Below, one piece after another: positions 21,330 through 30,766 of a stretch of 55,711 bases of DNA; position 1 is the first letter of the stretch, and every line of letters begins with the position of its first letter. The notes below the pieces were generated by a model, which saw nothing but the letters and a program-made list of their open reading frames with translations, was not told the DNA's origin and searched no databases. The translations under genes and the position numbers were made by a program. Where the stretch lies: IMG/VR virus record IMGVR_UViG_3300032024_000424, positions 1 through 55,711 of that record, one strand, 5' to 3'. Origin of the DNA: a virus (Duplodnaviria > Caudoviricetes).

Positions 21330-21566
21330 ATGAGCCTGTTCGTCTCCCTATTCATCCTCTGGATCATCTGCGTGCCGGCGTGCTACCTGCTCCTACGCGA
21401 GGACCACATCGCGGCGACGCAGGGCCGATGGACGCAGATCGACCGCCTCTTCTGGCTGGGCATCTCGCTGGTCTACGGACCGGTCATGCTCATCGCTATA
21501 GTCGGTGTCGCGGTGTTCAACCGGCTCAGCGCTTCGAAGTGGGGCCAGCGCGAGGCCCGCTGGTGA
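21330..21566 (+). CDS. Small membrane protein
   Basis: Two hydrophobic segments; AAGGA RBS. Confidence 0.7.
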   Translation: MSLFVSLFILWIICVPACYLLLREDHIAATQGRWTQIDRLFWLGISLVYGPVMLIAIVGVAVFNRLSASKWGQREARW

Positions 21567-21805
21567 GGCTCGTCCTGCCGTACCCGCCATCCGTGAACCA
21601 CTACTGGCGCAGCTACCGCGGCCGGGTGGTACTGAGCGCCGAAGGCCGAGCTTACCGCGAGGATGTCTGCGACCTCCTGGCCACCGCCCCCGCAATGGGC
21701 GGCAACGGCCCGCGCAAGCCGCCCTCTGGCGGGCGGATCGCGCTGGGCATGGACGCGTTCCCGCCGGATCGGCGGAGGCGTGATACAGACACTGAACTCA
21801 ACTGA
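21563..21805 (+). pseudogene. rusA: Truncated RusA-family resolvase
   Basis: LPYPPSVNHYWR...FPPDRRRRD, then stops where the D-L-D-N motif and C-terminal half are expected. Confidence 0.75.
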
Positions 21806-21808
21806 ACG

Positions 21809-22618
21809 ATGAAGTTGCAACCGACCCTTACTTGCCAGTCGTGCGGAGTGGAGGCCATACGCACCGGGCCCACCCAGCGTTATTGCCGCGTCTGCTCGGA
21901 GTCGCGCGACTTCCTGCGGAAACGCCGCTGGGCGAGGCAACACGTGCCGAACGAGGAACAGCGGCGTCGGACTGGCGCGGGCCGTCGTCGCCGTACAGAG
22001 TTGGCCCGCGAGGCGGGCCGGCTCATCAACCGCCGGCACTGCCGATCGACGGATTGGAATTCCGGGGGCGCCGACAGGCCGCTTCTCTGGCGGGTGTGCG
22101 CCGCCGTGCCGTTCTCTTACGCGGCGTCGAAGAACCACATCTACGCGCTAACGCTCAAGAAAGGGCATGTGGCACTTCGCCGGGAGTCGAGGGCGTTGCG
22201 CGGCCGTATCACCGCGGCACTCCGGGCCGCGATCGGGGGTCGGCGCGTGGCGCACAACAAGGTCTGGATCGATGTGCTCGTTCAGAAGCCGAACCACAAG
22301 GGCGACGCGGTCAACGTGGTCGACCTGGTGTGCGACGCGGTGAAGGACGCGCTGCCCGTGGATGACCGCTGGTTCTGCATCCGCCGGCTGGACTGGGAGG
22401 TCTGCAAGAACGACGGCCAACTGATCGTCGGCGTCGGGCAGGAGTCCGATGCCGACAGCCAGGTGTGTTCCTATTGCGGCCTGATCAGGCCGCTGGCGGA
22501 GTTCAATGTCTCGCGGCATCAACCGCTTGGGGTGGGACGCGAGTGCAAACAATGCCGCCGGGAAGGCCGGCTACTCGCCAAGCAGAAGAACCCGCAGGAC
22601 ACGGGGGTGGCGGCATGA
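21809..22618 (+). CDS. Zn-finger-flanked divergent RusA-like nuclease
   Basis: CQSC/CRVC at the N-terminus; VPFS..SKN, GDAVN...DAVKD..VDD core; CSYC/CKQC at the C-terminus. Confidence 0.6.
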   Translation: MKLQPTLTCQSCGVEAIRTGPTQRYCRVCSESRDFLRKRRWARQHVPNEEQRRRTGAGRRRRTELAREAGRLINRRHCRSTDWNSGGADRPLLWRVCAAVPFSYAASKNHIYALTLKKGHVALRRESRALRGRITAALRAAIGGRRVAHNKVWIDVLVQKPNHKGDAVNVVDLVCDAVKDALPVDDRWFCIRRLDWEVCKNDGQLIVGVGQESDADSQVCSYCGLIRPLAEFNVSRHQPLGVGRECKQCRREGRLLAKQKNPQDTGVAA

Positions 22619-24337
22619 CCACGGGGGTCTCACCCTCCCAATCGATCCAACTCCGCCCCTACCAGGCCGAAGCAGTTAACGCGGTGTACGAGCATCTGCG
22701 CACGCGGGACGACAATCCCTGCGTGGTGATCCCCACCGCGGGCGGAAAAACCCCCGTGATGGCCACCATCTGCCGCGACGTGGTCCAGCAGTGGGACGGC
22801 CGGATCCTCATCCTCGCGCACGTGAAGGAACTGCTCGATCAGGCGGCCGACAAGCTGCACACCATGGCGCCGGACCTCTGGAACCGGATCGGCGTCTACT
22901 CGGCGGGTTTGAAAAGCCGCGACACGGACCACCCCATCATCGTCGCCGGGATCCAGAGCGTGTACCGCCGCGCGTGCGACCTGGGCCGCTTCGACCTGAT
23001 CCTCCTGGATGAATGCCACATGCTTCCGTCCGACGGCGAGGGTATGTACCGCGCGTTCCTAGCAGACGCGAAGGTGGTCAATCCGAACGTCCGCCTGATC
23101 GGCCTGACCGCCACGCCCTACCGCATGACCACGGGCACGATCTGCGGCCCGCCGCCCGATCACCTGCTCAACCACGTCTGCTACGAGGTGGGTGTGCGCG
23201 AGCTGATTGTCCAGGGCTACCTCTGCCCGCTGAAGACCAAGGCCGGCAAACGCAAGGCCGACTTCCAGAACCTGCACCTGCGAGGAGGTGAGTTTATTCC
23301 GGGGGAGGTCGAGGCCCTGATGGACGAGGACGGGCTTGTCAGCTCGGCGTGTTACGAGATCATCGAGCACACCAAGGACCGCCGCTCGGTGCTGATCTTC
23401 GCGGCGGGCGTCAAGCACGCTCAGCACGTGCAGCGCATCCTCAACGGCCTGGGCCACGAGTGCGGCTTCGTCTGCGGCGACACGCTGCCGTTCGACCGAA
23501 CCGAGACGCTCGAGCGCTTCAGATCCGGGGGCCTGAAGTACCTGGTCAATGTCAACGTGCTGACCACCGGCTTCGATGCCCCCGGAATTGATTGTGTGGT
23601 GTTGCTGCGCCCCACGAACTCGCCCGGCCTCTACTACCAGGCGGTTGGTCGTGGATTCCGCCTGCACCCGTCGAAGGAAGACTGCCTCGTTCTGGACTTC
23701 GGCGGCAATATCCTGCGCCACGGGCCGGTTGATGCGCTGCAGATCAAGGACCGCGCCCAAGGTAATGGCGATGCGCCGGCGAAGGAGTGCCCGCAATGCC
23801 AGACGGTGGTCCACGCCGCGTACAGCGTCTGTCCGGAGTGCGGCTTCGAGTTCCCGCCGCCCGATCGCCAGAGGCACGAGCGCGCGCGAGGCGGCCACGG
23901 TGGGCATCCTCAGCGGCGAAGTGACGGAGACGGAGTACGAGGTACAGGACGTCTATTACTCGGCGCACACCAAGCGCGGTGCCCCGGAAGGTCATCCCCG
24001 CACACTGCGGGTGGATTACTGCGTGGCGTTGGGCGATTACCGCAGCGAGTGGGTCTGCGTCGAACACCCGTCCGGCAGCTTCGCGCGGCAGAAGGCGGAT
24101 GCGTGGTGGCGGGCGCGGTCAAGTGAGCCGTGCCCGACCGATGCCGACGCGGCCGCCGAGTTGGCCACTGCCGGGGCGCTGGCTAAGAGCCGGGCGATCA
24201 CCGTGCGCAGCGTGACCGGCGAGAAGTACGACCGCATCGTCGCGCACGAACTCGACGAGGTCCCGCAGGCCGTGGGCGACTTAGCGGGCGGCGAGCCGGA
24301 CTACGTGCACATCCCCGACGAGGAAATCCCGTTCTGA
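22615..24337 (+). pseudogene. SF2 helicase (RadD/YejH-like), frameshifted near 23881-23888
   Basis: LRPYQ, PTAGGKT, DECH, LTATP, TTGFDAP, GRGFR, CPQC/CPEC. The plausible C-terminus ending DEEIPF is in another frame. Confidence 0.8.
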
Positions 24338-26610
24338 TGCTGGCCGACCACGCTGTATCCTACCTGCGGGCCGGCCTCTGCGTCCTGCCCGCCAAGCGCC
24401 TCGAGAAGCGCCCGGCTATCGGCGCGTGGAAGCAATACCAGAAGCGCGCGCCCACGGAGGCCGAGTTGTCGGCGTGGATGGCCAACCCCCGGAATCACCC
24501 CGACGCGGTCTGCATCCTGTGCGGAGCCGTCTCGGGCCACCTCGAGACCCTCGACTTCGACGCCGGCGGCGAACGGTTCGCGGCGTGGTGGGACCGCATC
24601 CCCGCCGCGTTACGCGACAGGCTCGTGGTCGAGACCACCCCTTCCGGCGGCATGCACGTGGTCTACCGATGCGCGGCGCCGGTCTGCGGCAACCTGAAGC
24701 TGGCGCAGCGCAAGGTCGGCAAAGAGGTCGAAACGCTCATCGAGACACGCGGCGAGGGCGGCCTGTTCCTGTGCGCGCCGACCCTGGGTTACATCCTCGC
24801 CCACGGCGACCTGTGCGATCTGCCCGTGCTCACCGAAGCAGAACGCGACGTCCTGCTCCAGGCGGCGTGGGAGCTGAACGAGTACATGCCGGCTGTGGTC
24901 GATGCCCCTGTCCGATCGTCAACTGCCGGGCAACTGCGCGCCGACGGGTGCGCGAGCGCCGACAGGCCGGGTGACGACTTTAACACCCGCGGCGACCCCC
25001 GGGTGGTGCTCGAACAGCACGGCTGGTCCCGCGTGGGTGGCGGCGAGAACGAATACTGGCGGCGCCCGGGCAAGGCCTCGGGTTGGTCGGCGACACTCAA
25101 AGAATGTTCCGGGGGCGGCGTGTTCTATGTGTTCAGCTCGAACGCGGCACCGTTCGAGCCCAACCGGGCCTATTCGCCGTTCTCGGTGTACGCGCTACTC
25201 AACCACGGCGGCGACTTCGAGCAGGCGGCGAGGTCGCTACGCGCGGCCGGCTACGGTAGCGACCTGCGGGGTGATGAACACCCGGGGGTGGACATCTCCG
25301 GCATCCTCGGCCAGGTCGACGGCAACGGTGCTGATCACGCCGGCGACGATGACGGTCAGCGTGACATCGCCGACCCCGGCCCGATCCCCGAATCCCTGTT
25401 CCGTGTGCCCGGCTTCGTGTCGCGGGTGATGGAGTTCACCCTGGCCAACGCGCCCTACCCGAACGTGGGCTTGGCGTTCTGCGGGGCCGTGGCGCTTCAG
25501 TCCTACCTCTGCGGCCGCAAGGTCTGCGACAGCGGTGACCTGCGCCCGAACCTCTACCTGCTGGCGCTGGCCAGCTCGGGCACGGGTAAGGACTTCCCAC
25601 GAAAGGTCAACGCCCGCGTGCTCTTCGAGGTCGGACACGTCGCGGCGCTGGGCGATAAGTTCGCCTCGGGCGAGGGCATCCAGGACGCCCTGGCCCGCAC
25701 CAGCGCCATGCTCTTCCAGAACGACGAGATGGACGGCGTGCTGCGGCAGATCAACCTCGACCGCGAGAACAAGCGCGAGTCGATCCCCAACGTCCTGCTG
25801 ACGCTCTACACCTCCGCCGCCGACGTGTACCCCATCCGCGTCAAGGCCGGGCAGAAGGAAGCGGCGCACATCGACCAGCCGCACCTGACGCTCTTCGGCA
25901 CCGCCACGCCGCAGTACTTCTACGAGTCGCTCAGCCAGCGGATGCTCACCAACGGCTTCTTCGCCCGCCTGATCATCGTGGACATCGGCAAGCGAGGCGA
26001 AGGCCAGACACCCGGAAGTGCCCGGCAACTCCCTGAACCGGTCGTGCAGGCCGCGCGCTGGTGGGCGGAGTTCCAGCCCGGATCGCGCCGTGCGAACCTG
26101 CTGGAGGTTCATCCCGAGCCCAGGGTCGTGCCCGCAACACCCGAGGCGCAGGAGGCGATCAGGGCGCTACAGCGCCAGACCGAGCGGGAGTACGACGCCG
26201 CGCACGAACGCAACGACGAGGTCGCGCGCGTCGCGTGGAGCCGCACGCTGGAGAACGCCAAGAAGCTGGCGCTGATCTACGCCTGCAGCGAGAACCACGA
26301 GGACCCGATCATCGGTCTGCCCGCGGTGGAATGGGCGCGGACGTTCGCTATGCACCAGACGCGCAGGCAGCTGTACCTGGCGGGGAGCTACATGGCCGAG
26401 AACCCGTTCCACGCCGAGTGCCTGAAACTGATGCGGAAGTTAAAAGCAGCGCCCGACCAAAGGATGGACCACAGCAGCCTCTTACAGCGCATGCACACCA
26501 AGGCAACGGATTTCCGCGAACTGATCCAGACGCTGGTGCAGCGCGGCGAGATCGAAGTGATCACAACCCCAAGGGCCGGGAGCCACAAGGTGGAGTATCA
26601 CGTTCTATGA
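24337..26610 (+). CDS. Bifunctional primase-polymerase + DUF3987 helicase-like protein
   Basis: KRP..WK.YQ, LDFD, TPSGGMH, ETRGEGG; ASSGTGKD P-loop. Confidence 0.85.
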   Translation: MLADHAVSYLRAGLCVLPAKRLEKRPAIGAWKQYQKRAPTEAELSAWMANPRNHPDAVCILCGAVSGHLETLDFDAGGERFAAWWDRIPAALRDRLVVETTPSGGMHVVYRCAAPVCGNLKLAQRKVGKEVETLIETRGEGGLFLCAPTLGYILAHGDLCDLPVLTEAERDVLLQAAWELNEYMPAVVDAPVRSSTAGQLRADGCASADRPGDDFNTRGDPRVVLEQHGWSRVGGGENEYWRRPGKASGWSATLKECSGGGVFYVFSSNAAPFEPNRAYSPFSVYALLNHGGDFEQAARSLRAAGYGSDLRGDEHPGVDISGILGQVDGNGADHAGDDDGQRDIADPGPIPESLFRVPGFVSRVMEFTLANAPYPNVGLAFCGAVALQSYLCGRKVCDSGDLRPNLYLLALASSGTGKDFPRKVNARVLFEVGHVAALGDKFASGEGIQDALARTSAMLFQNDEMDGVLRQINLDRENKRESIPNVLLTLYTSAADVYPIRVKAGQKEAAHIDQPHLTLFGTATPQYFYESLSQRMLTNGFFARLIIVDIGKRGEGQTPGSARQLPEPVVQAARWWAEFQPGSRRANLLEVHPEPRVVPATPEAQEAIRALQRQTEREYDAAHERNDEVARVAWSRTLENAKKLALIYACSENHEDPIIGLPAVEWARTFAMHQTRRQLYLAGSYMAENPFHAECLKLMRKLKAAPDQRMDHSSLLQRMHTKATDFRELIQTLVQRGEIEVITTPRAGSHKVEYHVL

Positions 26611-26624
26611 AAGCCCTTCCCACG

Positions 26625-26875
26625 TTTAACCCAGATTTAGCAGGTTTAGCAAATCGGCCGGGCTTGACCGCCCAAAACGCCTCCAGGCTTAGCAGGTTTG
26701 ACACCAGGTTTAACACGGGCCCGCTAAACGTGGGAATCGCCCTAAGTATAGTAATAGTAATAACTCACACTCTCTCTTCTCTCACCTTTAGCACTTTAAC
26801 CCCCACCCCCTCTCATATGGGGTTTTAGGCCCCCGCGCGTTCGCGCGAGGGGTGTGTTAATCGAGACCTGCTAAA
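26625..26875. promoter_or_regulatory. Candidate replication origin
   Basis: TTAGCAGGTTT direct repeats (26637, 26689), inverted ACCTGCTAAA (about 26866) and an AT-rich tract, directly after the primase gene. Confidence 0.5.
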
Positions 26876-26904
26876 GCAGCCTCTACCAACCCGAAAGGAT
26901 TCAC

Positions 26905-27213
26905 ATGACCACGACCCCGTCCTGCGTCGACTGCCGCTACTTCGTACCCGAGGGGCGCCTACACAACGATCTCGATGAAGAAGAAGCCGCACGCCCCGAC
27001 CGCGTGGATGGCGAATGCCGGCGCCACTGCCCGACTCTGGGCCCGATGCTCACTGATCGGCACGGCGACGAGTTCCGCCACTACGGCGAATGGCCAAAGG
27101 TCATGGGCTGCGATAGCTGCGGCGAGTTTCGACTACGCGAACGCGCAGCGCAGCACGCGCCGCAGCCAATCGAAGACGCGTCGTGCGCGTGCGCAGAGCG
27201 CGCCGCTTCGTAA
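26905..27213 (+). CDS. Small Cys-rich hypothetical protein
   Basis: CVDCRYF, GECRRH.P, WP.V..CDSCGEF; AAGGA RBS. Confidence 0.7.
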   Translation: MTTTPSCVDCRYFVPEGRLHNDLDEEEAARPDRVDGECRRHCPTLGPMLTDRHGDEFRHYGEWPKVMGCDSCGEFRLRERAAQHAPQPIEDASCACAERAAS

Positions 27214-27454
27214 CAGGTCGCACACGTTGGCCCGTGTTGCGCCGGGCGCGCGCGGTCGTACACCACTACGACCAACACAGCGCGCCAACACGGGCGAACG
27301 TGGGCGATCGAGTGGGGTGCCAGTATGGCAGGATTTGAATAGGTACTTCCGTGTACCGACTGCCAGAATGGCACGGGAACGCGTCGGTTGTGGAGGAAGA
27401 GTTTGTATGGGACGCGCCGATTTTGGCGCTCCCCTGATGAGGAGCACTAAATGC

Positions 27455-27744
27455 ATGGATGCCAAGGAGATACGGGCAGCATGGCGGCCACGGCGGCTGC
27501 CAGCGGGGCCTGTGTCGCCACTGCGGCGGGCTGTTCTATGTGACCCGCTCCGACGGCCGTGACTGCCGGCCGACGTGTCGCCAGCAGGCGTACCGGACGA
27601 CGACGCCCCGCACCGCACGCCCGCCACTCAACAACACCAAAGGACGGACACAACCGCTGTCTCATCGAGCCCCGCAACATTGACGGCATCCGCTTGCTTG
27701 AGCGGAACCTGCGAATCAACGAGCCAGCGGTCGAAGCCGCCTGA
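27455..27744 (+). pseudogene. Probable frameshifted Zn-finger gene
   Basis: GAGGAG RBS; MDAKEIR, CRHCG..TRSD..C...CRQQAYR and ...AVEAA* lie in different frames. Confidence 0.4.
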
Positions 27745-27787
27745 GGGGCACGTTGGGTTTTGAAGGTCGCCGGGGATCGCATCGGTG

Positions 27788-27895
27788 GGCGTGGCATGGC
27801 ATGGCGCGGCGGGGCCAGGCACGGCCGGGCTGGGTAAGGCGCGGCGCGGCATGGACAGGTCCGGCGGGGGTAACGCCCCGGCGGGCCGTTGGACC
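27788..27895 (+). ncRNA. GGY-NN pentamer array 3 (orphan putative guide RNA) with 3' hairpin
   Basis: 13 perfect GGY pentamers. NN = GT AT AT GC GG CA AC CG TG AA GC GC AT, then GGACA and a GGTCCGGCGG...CCGTTGGACC stem. Confidence 0.8.
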
Positions 27896-27922
27896 GGATC
27901 ATTCAAACATGGAGGTTTGCTT

Positions 27923-30151
27923 ATGCAGGTGAGCTTGTGGCCGATTGAGCGTGTGAAGCCGTATGAGAACAACCCCCGCGTTGTGGAGAAGGCGGTGGAG
28001 CCGGTGGCCCGATCCATCCAGGAGTTCGGCTGGCGTCAGCCGCTGGTGGTGGACGAAGAGGGCGTGCTGATCGTGGGCCACGTTCGGCTGCTGGCCGCCC
28101 GGAAGCTCGGCCTGAAGGAGGTGCCGGTCCACGTCGCCACCGGCCTTTCGCCGGAGAGGGTCCGCGCCTACAGGCTTGCCGACAACAAGACCGGCGAGCT
28201 GGCTAAGTGGGACATGGATATCCTGCCCATCGAGCTGAACGAGCTGCGTGAGGGTGGATTTGATATGGGGGTGCTGGCGTTTGATGACGAAGAACTGGCG
28301 AAGCTGATCAACGCGGCGGCGGGTGTCACGGAGGGGCTGACCGACCCTGACGAGGTGCCCGAGCCGCCCGACGACCCGATCACGCAGCGCGGGGACATCT
28401 GGGTGCTCGGCGACCACCGCCTCATGTGCGGCGACTCGTCGAAGGCCGAGGACCTGGACCGTCTGCTGGACGGCGCGAACATCGACCTGTTTGCGAGTGA
28501 CCCGCCCTATAACGTCCGTGTCGAACCTCGCAGCAACAACGCGATCGCGGCGGGCAACTCCTCGTTCAAGGCGTCGGGCAAGAAGGCTGGTTCCGGGGGT
28601 GTTTCCGGGGGTGTTTCCGGGGGCGGCGGCCACCATCAGAAGATGGACCTGGCCCGCCACCCGGGCAAGGCCAAGGGCACGCACAAGCAGATGCGGGCCA
28701 AGGACCGGCCGCTCGCCAACGACTTCGTCCCCCCGGAAGTTTTCGACGAGATGCTGTTAGCTTGGTTCGGCAACGCGTCGCGCGTGCTCAAGCCCGGCGG
28801 CTCGTTCTACATCTGGGGCGGCTACGCCAACCTCGGCAACTACCCCGGCCCGCTGAAGGCGGCGGGCCTGTACTTCAGCCAGGGGATCGTCTGGGACAAA
28901 CAGCACCCGGTGCTGACGCGCAAGGACTTCATGGGCGCGTTCGAGCTGTGCCAACCGCCCGACACGAAGGTCATGACACCCGCGGGAGAATCGCGACTCA
29001 GCGCACTTTGTGATGACGATGAGGTAGTGACATTCGCCAAGAGTTCCGGCGCAATCATCGGTCACCGGCGTGGTCCGAAGGTTCGGGTCGGCACGCGTCA
29101 TTACGGCGGCCCGCTCTACGGCGTCACGGCTGAGGCAAAGACCACTTGGTGCACCGATGGTCACCAGTTCAGCGTCAGGCTGGCGCCTCATGTTCGCAAT
29201 GTCTGGTGCGTGTATCTCATGCGGCGTGGGCGGTGGTGGCGTGTTGGCAAATCAAAGCTCCTGACCACGTGGGGGCTTGGGGTGAAGCAGCGCCTGGAGA
29301 AGGAAGGGGGTGAGGAGGCGTGGATTCTCAGCACCCATATGTCAAACACCGAGGCGGCCTGCGCGGAGCAGATCGTTTCGGCCCGCTACGGAATCCCCAC
29401 GACGTATTGGACCGAAACGAAAAGTTCCAAGCGCACGCACTCGCAGATCGCTCGCATCTACGAGCGGATTGATCCGATGGCGCTGCACCGAAGCGCGCTG
29501 TGGGCGCTATCCGACTATCACCGCCGAATCGAATATCCGTTCATTGAGCGGCAAAACACCCGGCCCAAATATGGCCGTCGCGTTTCCTTCGTCACCCGTG
29601 CCTGCAACCTGCTGCCGGGCGTCATGGAATTGCCCGTTCCCACTGGGGGCCCACACTATCGGTGGACGCCGATTCGCCACGTCGATGTGCAGGATTACAG
29701 CGGGCAGGTCTACTCACTCGATGTGGCAAAGCACCACCACTATATCGCCGACGGCATGGTCACGCACAACTGCTTCTACGGCTGGAAGGAGGGCGCGGGC
29801 CACCACTTCTACGGCCCGAACAACGCGACCGACCTCTGGCACGTCAAGAAGGTGAACCCGCAGAGCATGGTCCACCTGACCGAGAAGCCGGTCGAGCTGG
29901 CGGTGCGCGCGATCCAGTACTCGTCCAAGCCCGGAGAAAACGTGCTGGACCTCTTCGGTGGCAGCGGCTCGACGCTGATCGGCTGCGAGCAGACGGACCG
30001 GCGTGCGTTCCTGATGGAGATCGACCCGGCGTATTGTGACGTTATTGTCCAGAGGTGGGAGCAGTTCACGGGGAAGAAGGCGGAGCGGACCGAGGCCGGC
30101 ACACCAGGCGATGCGGCGGCCGAGCCCGTGGGTGCGGAGGCTTCCTCATGA
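27923..30151 (+). CDS. ParB-like domain + N6/N4 DNA methyltransferase, intein-containing
   Basis: PYENNPR, GHxR, ADNKT; DPPY; HLTEKPVEL; DLFGGSGST. GGAGG RBS before ATG 27923. Confidence 0.92.
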   Translation: MQVSLWPIERVKPYENNPRVVEKAVEPVARSIQEFGWRQPLVVDEEGVLIVGHVRLLAARKLGLKEVPVHVATGLSPERVRAYRLADNKTGELAKWDMDILPIELNELREGGFDMGVLAFDDEELAKLINAAAGVTEGLTDPDEVPEPPDDPITQRGDIWVLGDHRLMCGDSSKAEDLDRLLDGANIDLFASDPPYNVRVEPRSNNAIAAGNSSFKASGKKAGSGGVSGGVSGGGGHHQKMDLARHPGKAKGTHKQMRAKDRPLANDFVPPEVFDEMLLAWFGNASRVLKPGGSFYIWGGYANLGNYPGPLKAAGLYFSQGIVWDKQHPVLTRKDFMGAFELCQPPDTKVMTPAGESRLSALCDDDEVVTFAKSSGAIIGHRRGPKVRVGTRHYGGPLYGVTAEAKTTWCTDGHQFSVRLAPHVRNVWCVYLMRRGRWWRVGKSKLLTTWGLGVKQRLEKEGGEEAWILSTHMSNTEAACAEQIVSARYGIPTTYWTETKSSKRTHSQIARIYERIDPMALHRSALWALSDYHRRIEYPFIERQNTRPKYGRRVSFVTRACNLLPGVMELPVPTGGPHYRWTPIRHVDVQDYSGQVYSLDVAKHHHYIADGMVTHNCFYGWKEGAGHHFYGPNNATDLWHVKKVNPQSMVHLTEKPVELAVRAIQYSSKPGENVLDLFGGSGSTLIGCEQTDRRAFLMEIDPAYCDVIVQRWEQFTGKKAERTEAGTPGDAAAEPVGAEASS
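28949..29770 (+). mobile_element. Intein (274 aa) with GIY-YIG-like insert
   Basis: Starts CQPPDTKV; TDGH block B; VYSLDV..HHYIADGMVTHN followed by extein Cys. Removal restores FEL-CFYGWKEG. Confidence 0.9.
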
Positions 30152-30387
30152 TCTTCCACCCGCGGGTCAATCAGCGAGTGCGCGTCCATTACACCCGCCG
30201 AGCGGCGGCGCACATGCCGCTGCACGGCAAGGTGGGCGTGGTGCGGGTCGTAGCTACAGGACGGGGCCCGCGTAACGTGGGCGTCGAGATCGACGGCCGT
30301 GTGTTCGTGATCCCCCGCGGCAATCTTGTGGCCGTGCCGGAGAAAACCTCGACCGGTCAGGCCGAGGTGGAAGGGATGGGCAAGTGA
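30148..30387 (+). CDS. Small KOW/SH3-like hypothetical protein
   Basis: Overlaps the MTase stop; HGKVGVV..GPRNVGVEIDG. Confidence 0.6.
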   Translation: MIFHPRVNQRVRVHYTRRAAAHMPLHGKVGVVRVVATGRGPRNVGVEIDGRVFVIPRGNLVAVPEKTSTGQAEVEGMGK

Positions 30388-30392
30388 TGGAG

Positions 30393-30763
30393 TCAGTATG
30401 GCGCTTCGGCCAGGTACATGAACTCGATCATGGCGTCTTCGTAGAGCGCGCCGGAGGCGGGGTAGGTGCGTCGCATGCGGACCTCGACGCAGCCGCGTTC
30501 CTTCATGAAGGCCAGCGCGACGTTGACCTGCGTGAAGGGCGCATCCATCGCCTGGGCGAGTTCCTCGAGCGTCGTGCCGCCCGCCGCGTGCTCCTCGATG
30601 GTGAATGCGACCTCGCGGAAGATGTGGCGGGTGCAGCGGTGGAGGTAACCTCTGTCCGGGGCGTCGGGGAACGAAACCTTCATCTCAAGGTGGTCGTCCA
30701 CACCACGTCGAAGGTCACGACTCTATTCCGGGGGCGGTTCCGGGGGCGGGGGTGGGTTGCCAT
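30393..30763 (-). pseudogene. Small HTH-like protein, likely 2-nt frameshift near 30702
   Basis: ATG 30763 (after AAGGAG) reads MATHP..VTFDVV; the continuation DDHLEMKV is out of frame. Confidence 0.5.
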
Positions 30764-30766
30764 GGG

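Noticed and set aside
18225-27857. Arrays as canonical CRISPR arrays or simple microsatellites
   Set aside because: There are no 25-40 nt repeats with spacers and no cas1/cas2. The NN positions are information-rich rather than homogenised.
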